From NCBI GenBank assembly GCA_964016885.1, contig OZ024742.1:205654001-205718000 (forward strand): a stretch of DNA of 64,000 nt, given 5' to 3'. The DNA comes from Eledone cirrhosa (Eukaryota). The notes below the pieces were generated by a model. That model searched no databases. It had not been told where the DNA came from and saw only the letters and a program-made list of their open reading frames with translations. Position 1 is the stretch's first letter. Each line of letters starts with the position of its first letter. Positions 54,707 through 64,000 of this stretch are shown here, piece by piece. Position numbers and translations under genes: made by a program.

Positions 54707-56391
54707 ATCATCATCATCATCATCAACGTTTAACGTCCGTGTTCCACGCTTGCATGGGTTTGGATGGGGGTTTTCCCACTTGAGGCAAGAGTGATTATCT
54801 TGCTCGCATAGGACTATCTGGCGGGTTTTCTACAGCTGGATGCCCTTCCTAACACCAACCACATTTACAGTGTGGGGCTGGGAGGTTTATACCGTGTTGC
54901 CTACACGGCCACATTACAGCGTGGACTGTGTGTTTTTTTGACGTGACACCTACACGATCTCATTTGTTTCGGCCTGGATGTTGTGGCACCAACGTAACTT
55001 TACATTGAAAGGGGCGGTGTGGATGGGGTGGGGGTGGTGGGACGGGGGTGTATTTTGTTAGAGATGCCTACTGACTGTAGTAGGTTTTACTTTGTATTTA
55101 GGTAAGGCGGGTCTTCTCTATTACTGAGTACCGCCAAAGATCTCGGTCCAGTGACATTGTCTTGGTGAGGTGTAAGTGTGTGAGGTCGGAATTTATCATC
55201 TCGTCCCAGGTTTTTCTGGGTCTGCCTATTCCGTGGCTACCGTCTATCTTTATTGCCCTGCACTTTGTTATACAGCTATCGTCCTTCATGCGCATCACGT
55301 GACCATACCAACGTAGCCTTCTCTTGAGTAAACAACATCTGATCCCTCTTATTTCTAATTTTTTCCTTAGTTCGTTTATGCTTTGCCGTTCACGTATATT
55401 ACTATTACACATCCAGCGGAGCATGCAAGCTTCGTTTCTCTCTAGTCTGCGTATATCCTCTGCACACAATGCCCAGGTCTCACTGCCATGCAACATTGCT
55501 GTTCGTATGCAGGCATCGTACAACCTGCCTTTCATTTTTAGGGAGAACCCTTTAGCGGCTAATAGTGGTATAAGCTCTCAGAACTTTTTCCATCCAGTTC
55601 TGACTCTAGCTACTGTACTTTCAGAGCACCCTCCCCCACTGCTGATTTTGTCACCCAGGTAACGGAAGCTGTCCACTATTTCTATAGAACCCTCTGCGCA
55701 GTTGAAAGAGCTAGTATTTTGTGGGCACTTGCTACTTATTGCACCAGAGCACCGGCCACATGTAAAATCTATGTTCATAGTTAGCTTACCTGTGATCCCA
55801 CTACATCTTTTATGCACCCATACTTTGCATTTGGGACACAAAATGGAGTTTCTACCTACGCCTTTCCTACACACTGAGCATGGCCACCTCCCGGAAGGGA
55901 CCGCCGCCTTATTTTCTTTCTTACAAACTAGAACTTTAGTCTTAGCCAGGTTAATTTTAAGGCCTTTTGATTCTAGGCCGTGCTTCCATGTTTGGAATTT
56001 CTTCTCTAGCTCGGCCATTGATTCAGCTATGAGTGTTAGGTCATCTGCGTATAGGAGTTCCCATGGGCAACCGGTCTTGAACTCCTCTGTTATAGCCTGA
56101 AGTGCAATAATAAATAGTAGGGGGCTGAGAACAGAGCCCTGATGGACGCCAACTTTTACGCTAAACTCTTCACTATATTCGTTGTTAATTCTAACCTTGC
56201 TGACTGTTTCTTTATACATGGCTTGTATAGCTCTCACAAGCCATTCGTCAACACCTAGTTTTCTAAGAGCCCACCAGATAATGGAACAGGGGACTCTGTC
56301 GAAGGCTTTCTCCAAGTCGACAAAAGCTAAGTATAGGGGTTTACTTTTAGCTAGGTACTTCTCCTGTAGTTGTCGTACAATGAAAAGAGCG
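54707..56391 (-). mobile_element. 5'-truncated young RTE LINE (RT plus C-terminus, one in-frame stop at 55578-55580), (GAT)n tail, in (TA)n
   Basis: AFVDLEKAFDRVP, GVHQGSVLSPLLF, ELLYADDL, PHD-like CSVC...CPKC...HKRC insert, RRLRWYGHVMR. Confidence 0.93.
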
Positions 56392-56412
56392 TATATATAT
56401 ATATATATATAT

Positions 56413-56608
56413 ATAGGAACAAGTAAGACCCCGACGGCTGAGCTCAAGCCGTTTCGACGGCTAATTCTGGGGAAGAATTAGCCATCGAAACGGCTTGAGC
56501 TCAGCCGTCGGGGTCTTACTTGTTCCTATTACCCACTCTACTACCCTAAGTATTGAGTACTTTGGTGCGTTATGGTCCACCTGGTTCCTTACCACATTTC
56601 CTTTGTTA
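56413..56608. mobile_element. Fold-back element C: ~56-bp perfect hairpin plus unique tail, in (TA)n
   Basis: 56413-56468 versus 56474-56529 is an inverted repeat with one mismatch. Confidence 0.6.
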
Positions 56609-56767
56609 TATATATATATATATATATATAGTATACTAGGGAGAGGATCAGGGGTGTATAACACTCCACTTATCCAGCAGGCAGTATAAGGTTAGCTCAA
56701 TGTCTGAGGACAGAGCCGTGATATAATAAATAACAAAGAACGCCTATAGCATATGCATATCTTTACT

Positions 56768-56813
56768 TGCTAACATTGTTTCATCCGCACTATAAGTGGG
56801 ACTCATCAGAGCA
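56768..56813 (-). ncRNA. Minimal hammerhead ribozyme motif (inverted copy on + at 59075-59122)
   Basis: Minus strand reads tgct-CTGATGA-gtcc cac(ttata)gtg c ggat-GAAA-caatg-TT-agca; stem I tgct/agca. Confidence 0.75.
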
Positions 56814-56879
56814 TAAAGGTTAATTACATACCATACAAGCAATAACAAATCCAAGACATTGAAGAATGAAAAATAATAG

Positions 56880-57540
56880 ACGATAAAGGATATTAAGGAA
56901 GTAAAAGTAAAAATAAAAATAAGAATAAAAATAAAGATAAAAATAAAAATAAAATAATAAAATAAACAATGAAAAATAAGGGGTGCTATCAGTCACAGTT
57001 GGGCGGGGTGCTGTCAACATATAGTTACATACAAGCATACACATGGATAAGAGAACAGACAAGAGTAGATAAGATAGATAGGATTAGGTAAGAGTAGGTA
57101 AAAAATAGGTGAAAAACAGACTTATAATATATATAAGAAAATATAAAGAAATACATAACAAACTTACATATAAAATATAAAATATACAGATAATAGTGAT
57201 ACAGGGTAAGGAATGAAATAAAATAATATAAAATTAAAATTAAAATTATATAAAATAGAACATAATATAATATAATCATAAAATAAAATAGACTAAATTA
57301 AAATAATATAATATAAGATATAATTAAATGTAATTAAATTAAATAAATAAATAAATAAATAAATAAAATTAAATAAATAAATAAAATTAAAATTAAAATT
57401 AAATTTAAATAAATAAATAAGTAAATAAATAAATAAATAAATAAATGAAATTAAATAAGTAAATAAATAAAATTAGATAAAATGAAATGAAATAAAATAA
57501 AATAAAATGAAATAAAGTAAATTGAGATAAGATATATATT
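56880..57540. repeat. A-rich low-complexity/(AAAT)n-(AAAAT)n tract inside element D
   Basis: Seen directly. Confidence 0.85.
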
Positions 57541-59185
57541 TTTTTAGAATATATCTCTTGAATATATCAGGGGCCCACAAAGGCACTAAGTGTCACAGTT
57601 ATGTGTATCACTTGACCATTTTTTTAAAATATATTTCTTGAAAATATCAGGGGCCCACGAAGGCACTAAATGTCACAGTCACCAGTATCACTTGACCATT
57701 GCAAGGCAATGGAGGCGTCCCAGGTTGGGCAGTCTCAAAAGTTCACTCGAAAGTCGCGGGTGTGCATTCACACAGTTGAGCGGTGGGGTAATCACAAACC
57801 GGTTCACACCCGGGCAGGAGTCCAATGGTCAGACAGGTGCATCGAAGGAAGGTAGGAGAATTCACGTGCATTAGCAAGCGAGGTGCAGGCGGGTTAGCCA
57901 AAGCAAGCAGACACAGTTGGAGCGCATACAAAAGATATATAAAAAGACAGAAGATATATAAAAAATAGCTTCAAGAGCCATGAAGTCACCGCATTGGGAC
58001 ATCACAAGATTGTACACATCAATATGTTCAGCACGTATATGCACATATACACACCACATGCATATGCAGAGACGGTATACATATATATATATATATTTTT
58101 TTTATATACAGACACATACAACCACTTACACCCATACACATATAAATGTATACACGGACACACACGCACACACACACAGCGTAGGACACCCGGGTCAAAG
58201 CTGATATTAAACACCGAAATACCACATTAGGCAAGACCCACCACCACGGATAATACATTCAAAATAAATACATACGATGAGATGTAGTAAAATAAAGTTG
58301 AAATCCTACGGAGATAATCATGTCCGCACGTGCCATTGCCCGATTCAAGTGTACACAGACCGTTAGTAACTACGGAGGGCTATCGGGGCCAAAACGTTAC
58401 TTTCGGGATCATAACAACGACCGTCAATATATGGGAGGCCGATCGTGCTAGAAAGACTACAACCCCGGGCAAGAGCTCCCAGAAGTCAGCCTGTAGATCT
58501 TAAACCACAGAATATGAGGGCAACGCGTACATGCGCCACGTATCCACTGCTTACGGCGGGATGGCACAGGTCCGCCCACAGTTACAGGCTAAATTTCTAT
58601 TAGTGCAGCCTAAATCACAGTACACGCTCTACATAAATACATTACATCACAACTCATGCGCATACAGAGGTACAGATCCACAAGATATACGTCAGGATAG
58701 ACCCACCAATGCACCAATGGTGGGTAGGCGAGCGTGGATGGGTTACATCCGCTGTGCCAAACAGGGGTGCTTATTAACATACACACCCACTCACCTGTAC
58801 ACCCCAATATCCAGATCAATATCCTCCCGCAGGCATACGTATACACTCACCGACTCATATACATAGACGACCAACAATAGGAGACAGTTACACACAATCA
58901 GAGACAGTTACACAAGACAGCCCAACTGGAGAAATAAGGAAGTGCTAGCTAACAGGTTTAAAGTAGAAGAAAGAGCTTAATATTCGGTGGGGGCAAGAGG
59001 AAAATATTTCAGACTTTCTATTTAGTAGAGGGCATTTAGCAAATATAATAGAGTGGGATTCGGCAAGGCATAGGTTACTCTGATGAGTCCCACTTATAGT
59101 GCGGATGAAACAATGTTAGCAAGTAAAGATATGCATATGCTATAGGCGTTCTTTGTTATTTATTATATTATATATATATATATAT

Positions 59186-59800
59186 GTATGTATGTATGTA
59201 TAGTATATTTGGCAATATGCCGTATGTTTAATTAAAAACATTTTGAAGACCATACGCTATTAGTTTTAAAGTAGTGACTATGTCACTTACTTCTTTTCGG
59301 CGAAAGAAGGGAGAGAAGCTAACAGTCTGTTTCACGCTGTTGCCGATCATCAGAGCCACGCACTTCCTGCTTTCTCCGAAAATTATAGAAGCTGGATTCT
59401 TATAGAATTCCAATAATAATCAGGAACTGATTATACAGAGCGATTGCCAGTCCAGCAAAAATTAGGTATTAGGATTGGTGCTCTGAAATAGCGATGTATA
59501 CATGAATGTATGTATAGTATATTTGGCAATATACCGTATCTGTAATTAAAACATTTTGAAGACCATACGCTATTGGTTTTAAAGTAGTGACTATACTTCT
59601 TTTCGGCGATAGAAGAGAGAGAAGCTAACAGTCTGTTTCACGCTGTTGGCGATCATCAGAGCCATGCACTATCTGCTTTCACCGAAAATTATAGAAGCTG
59701 GATTCTTATAGAATGTTTTTAATTACACATACGGTATATTGCCAAATATACTATACATACATTCATGTATACATCGCTATTTCAGAACACCAATCCTAAT
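59186..59800 (-). mobile_element. Element E: ~310-bp tandem dimer, each unit with a hammerhead motif, plus an inverted 90-bp end (retrozyme/pseudo-LTR-like)
   Basis: Units repeat at ~59198 and ~59512; 59712-59800 is the reverse complement of 59468-59555. Confidence 0.78.
59318..59356 (-). ncRNA. Minimal hammerhead motif, unit 1 (unit 2 at 59624-59662)
   Basis: Minus strand gct-CTGATGA-tcg(g/c)caacagcgt-GAAA-cagactg-TT-agc; stem II cgc/gcg is intact in unit 2. Confidence 0.68.
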
Positions 59801-59837
59801 CATCATCATCATCATCGTTTAACGTCCATCTTCCACG

Positions 59838-60450
59838 CTAACTTAATTACCCATACCTTGCTGCGTTTCACACATTTTCTTTTGTAAGAGAATGATGATT
59901 GATTTTAAATCAATAATATAATTTATGGAGAAAAAATAAAGGGAAAATGTTAAAAAAGTAGAGGCATTAACTAATAATTTTTGTTGTCATAATTCGAGTG
60001 ATGTTTTGCCGTAGATAAAATGTCTAAATTAGCCAAATTTTACTATAAAAGATAGGTGCTGTTTTTGTTGATTTATGTTTAATTAATAGAAAAACCCCGT
60101 GATAATAGAGGTTACAATACTCAAGTTATAGGCTTCCAAAATGTTCACTATAAGGGGTTTAACCATTAGGGTGTCTTAATATTATTGAAATTTGCTGAAA
60201 TTTTGTGAATAGGCATCATATCTTGTCATTTACCTATGGTTTAAATTTCATATAAATCAAAGGAAAAATAATGTTCAGCGAGGGTTTGTGCCCCCAGGGA
60301 ACCCTTTGATTAAAATCAAATATTCTTATCCAAGTACCCTGGGCAATGTAGTTTCAGAATATCTATGGTTATGGGGGTCTATCTCCCAAACTATAGGAGG
60401 AGTTTGTGAACAAAGAAACAAACAGGCAGGAACTACAACTTTATATATAT
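59838..60450 (+). mobile_element. Possible non-autonomous Helitron-like element
   Basis: 3' end 'aaactataggaggagtttgtgaacaaagaaacaaacagg...ctttatatatata' resembles Lep1-like ends (recalled). Boundaries uncertain. Confidence 0.35.
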
Positions 60451-60479
60451 ATAAACACACACACACACACACATACATA

Positions 60480-60555
60480 CAAGGTGTTCCAAAAAATGTA
60501 TACACACTTCAACAACATTCTAATAAAAGTGTGTATACATTCTTGGGACACCCTG
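60480..60555. mobile_element. 76-bp Tc1/mariner-type MITE
   Basis: TA|CAAGGTGTTCCAAAAAATGTATACACACTT...AAGTGTGTATACATTCTTGGGACACCCTG|TA; ~30-bp TIRs. Confidence 0.8.
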
Positions 60556-60824
60556 TATATATTTATATATATATTATCATCATTACCGTTTTACGTCCGT
60601 TCTTCCACGCTAGCATGGGTTAGACGGGTTGTCCTGTTGTGGGCAGTATCCAGTCGGCTGACCTTGTCTTGCGATATGGGAACAGATTCTGGCTTGATTT
60701 CTAGAGCTGGATGCTCTTCCTAACACCAACCTCATTTATAGTGTGTGCTGGGTGCTTTCTCTCCGTGGCGCCTACATGTCCACTTTACAGTGTGGGCTGG
60801 ATGTTTTTTATATATATATATATA

Positions 60825-61731
60825 TAAGTATGTACACGTACATACATATATGTATGTACACGTACATACATATATGTATACAGACGTACAGTAGTATGTA
60901 TATATACATACATGCACACATATATGTACGTATGGATTCACCGAACATTTATTATAATGCTCATCCCGTATTAAGCCGTAGTGTCTAGCAACCATCGTTG
61001 CTCGTTTGTTCAACACTGACAAAGGAATCCTGTACTAGTTTCAAGCTTATTAGCTATCGTCAGCAACATATACCTTCCTGCCAAATTGTTGAACGTATAT
61101 ACTTACCTTATGCATATTAACGGCTGAGTAGCCCAATTTGCATATCGAGTGGGTTAATTGGCCGGGTGCACCGAAAACGATAAACAGAAAAAATGAAACG
61201 AAATTTCATTTCCCACTCTTACTACAGCTGTTACTTAAATATAAGTATGTACACGTACATACATATATGTATACAGATGTACAGTAGTATGTATATATAT
61301 ATACATACATGCACACATATATATATATGTATGTATGGATTCACCGAACATTTATTATAATGCTCGGTGTGTTTGTAAACAAACATCCCGTATTAAGCCG
61401 TAGTCTTAATACGGGACGTATACATATATGTATGTACGTGTACATACTTATATTTAAGTAACAGCTGTAGTAAGAGTGGGAAATGAAATTTTGTTTCATT
61501 TTTTCCGTTTATCGTTTTCGGTGCACCCGGCCGATTAACCCACTCGATATGCAAATTGGGCTACTCAGCCGTTAATATGCATAAGGTAAGTATATACGTT
61601 CAACAATCTGGCAGGAAGGTATACGTTGCTGACGATAGCTAATAAGCTTGAAACTAGTAAAGCGTTCCTTTGTCAGTGTTGAACAAACGAGCAACGATGG
61701 TTGCTAGACACTATGGCTTAATACGGGATGT
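60825..61731. mobile_element. Element F: ~410-bp partial tandem repeat plus ~310-bp inversion, with hammerhead motifs
   Basis: Unit start repeats at ~60825 and ~61242; ~61418-61731 is the reverse complement of ~60963-61275. Confidence 0.78.
61623..61665 (+). ncRNA. Minimal hammerhead motif with palindromic stem III (mirror copy on - at 61027-61069)
   Basis: acgttg-CTGACGA-t-agct(aata)agct-t-GAAA-ctag-TA-aagcgt; the stem III region forms the palindrome ACTAGT. Confidence 0.75.
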
Positions 61732-61959
61732 TGGTTAAGTATGCTGATTTGATGTATTGAAAACCTACAGTTGTAAACCTGCACATTAAGCAGTAGAGGA
61801 TTTATCTCAACATCTTTTTCTTCAATTTTGGCAGTTAAAAGAATTGGGTGGAATGCTCTGTGTCTGAACAGCTATATTTAAGGAGAGCACTGTTCACTCA
61901 AATTACATCCCTACAAACTGATCAGTTTACCATGACTGACAACAGTTCACTTCAGTACA

Positions 61960-63400
61960 TCTTCAGATATGCTGTTGGAATGTGAGAACCATACTGGATG
62001 ATGGAAAATCCAGCAGGTCTCATGCTTTATTGTTTTTGAGGCAGCAGAGCTTAACCTATATAAGATCGATATTGCTGCCTTTTCAGAGACACAATTGACA
62101 GGTGAAGGCCAACTAATTGAAATGACATATGGTTATAACTTTTTTTGCATTGGCAAACCAGCATAAAAAAAATGAGAGCGTAGTGTTGGATTTATGATCA
62201 GAAAGAGCCTAGCTGCTAAAATAGATGAATTACCATCCAATGTGGGTGACTGAATTGTGAAACTCTGGTGGCATTATATAACTTTCTCCTCTGTTTGTGC
62301 ATTAACTTTTTGTTCAACAGAAGAATCCTTCTCTCTTTTCTATGAGTCTCAGAAATGACATTCTTTCTCCCCAAACTGGTGACAAAATTATTCTGTCTTG
62401 TGATTTTAATGTAAGTTGTGATTGCAATACATTGTCTAGCTTAGAACTCTTTGGTAAAATAATAGGTAACACTTCTCTGTTCATTATAGTACATAAGTGG
62501 GACATCTCTTGTCATTTGGGGCTCTATGGTGGACAGATCACACACTACCAGTTATGTGATAGCAAACAATGAGATTTAATTTCAGCTTTGCTTGTACAAG
62601 GTAAACTGTTTGATCTGAATTGTTTTAAACTAAATTGGAGACCAGTATAGCTTTAGTTCATGATTTGTATATGTTAATGATTGTGAACTTGTGGCTCACT
62701 CAGAACAAGATATTCAGTGTTTCTACTGCTTTTTGACTTATAATATGCTTGAATAAAGCTAGGATGGTGCTATATTTGCTTCAGGTGGGCCGTATGTCGA
62801 ACCTAATATACTTGTCCAACGGAGCAGACATGTAGTGGATTCATTTGTTTTACACCAGCTACTCTGTCCCCAGGAAGGATCCATAGATTCTGAGATGCAG
62901 CTTCAGGATTGAGAAGACTTCAATTGTGTTTGAGAGATGAGTCTGCTAAGACAGAGACTTAAAACTTTCCACTAATCTTTGCATCTATGATGCTTGTATT
63001 GTCATATCCTCTAAGATATGAATGCAATATCAACATTAAAATTCCCAAAAGATTCCACTAGAAGTATTCAAGGTTTTTATTAAACATCAGGCTTCCGATG
63101 AAATTACCTTATGGTGTAATGATTCTCAGTAAGTGTCCCCAGTACAAACCAATAAAGAGATTTCATGATGTCACAAAAGATAACTTTAAGTATTTGAATA
63201 TTAACACTATTTATAATTTTGCAGTGAATGACAGCCTGTAACTAGGAGAAACAGCCTGCATCATGATAAAAATTGAATTACCCATCAAATAGTGAAACGT
63301 AGTGTCTCAAAACTACAAACTGTAGGAATGCCATATGATAGGGTATTCTAAAGTGATCTTATTTGCACTGACTGCTTTGATCACACTTTCAAATGCCAGT
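61960..63400 (+). mobile_element. Very old RTE (BovB-like) LINE remnant
   Basis: CWNVRTILDD...AELNLYKIDIAAFSETQLTGEGQL and ILSCDFN are recognisable; the rest is heavily decayed and the right boundary is approximate. Confidence 0.55.
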
Positions 63401-64000
63401 TGTGTCACCTATGAGGAGAACTTGCATGTCAGGAAACTAACACAGGATGCTTATATGTATGGAGTTCCACCCAAATGCTGCTCTTGTTTGTTCAAATTTA
63501 TGCATATCTATTGCTGGGTTAAAAATCCATTTTGGAGAGATGTTAAAATACAAACAATAAAAAAGTGGTTATGCTCAAAATCTGGTGGGCACCATTTGTG
63601 TGTGATATACTTATATGTATGTACATATGTTGCAAGCATTTAAGTGAGGTCTCTGGTCTGAGTATAATTTCCTCCCTCCTTCCCACCACTTTTGGCAACC
63701 ATAAAAAATGTCATGAGCACTGCTTTTCCTCCTTTGATTCAGCTGTAAAAAAGAAAACATACATACACGTTTTCTACTTTAACCTCAGCTGGACCAATGT
63801 CTTATGAAGGAAATGGGCGATAGAAACTGTGTGTGTGTGTGTGTGTTCATGTTTGTTTGTGTCTTCACTTTGTGTTTACCTTAGTAAAAAACAAGTATGG
63901 AAATAGTGTTGGGGTGAAAGCATCCAACCATAGAATTCTGCCTTAAAAAGATTCTCATTCAACCAATGCCAGCACATAAAAGCAGCAATCATTTTGTGCG

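Larger units (their letters stand above)
56631..59170 (-). mobile_element. Element D: ~2.5-kb non-coding element bounded by ~90-bp inverted repeats that each contain a hammerhead motif
   Basis: 56721-56811 is the reverse complement of 59078-59168. No protein-like ORF inside. Flanked by (TA)n. Confidence 0.72.

Noticed and set aside
57590-58866. Short ORFs inside element D
   Set aside because: All 111 aa or shorter, with no RT, GIY-YIG or other recognisable motif.

Overview
Eukaryotic, AT-rich, repeat-dense DNA. The SINE/LINE repertoire and multi-kb (TA)n microsatellites suggest an octopod cephalopod (inference from recalled repeat families, not a search). The only host coding sequence I can support is two in-phase exons (43207-43354, 45465-45989, + strand) of a discoidin domain receptor (DDR) tyrosine kinase, so most or all of the window is probably intronic. 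The rest is mobile DNA: an apparently intact 5.7-kb L1/Tx1-type non-LTR retrotransposon embedded in (TA)n; the 5' part of an intact RTE LINE with a tandemly repeated 5' UTR; several decayed RTE/RTE-X LINEs; a DD37D (maT) Tc1/mariner transposon; a tiny MITE; Helitron-like inserts; and many tRNA-derived SINEs. The most striking unannotated signal is a set of sequence-unrelated fold-back and/or tandem elements, mostly in or beside TA-rich microsatellite. Five of them carry minimal type-I hammerhead ribozyme motifs (CUGAnGA...GAAA...UH), one of those lies downstream of a Penelope-like GIY-YIG fragment, and two more have only degenerate motifs. Together they look like a multi-family Penelope/retrozyme-like system. 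The long I/Y/C/M-rich ORFs in the track are microsatellite translations.
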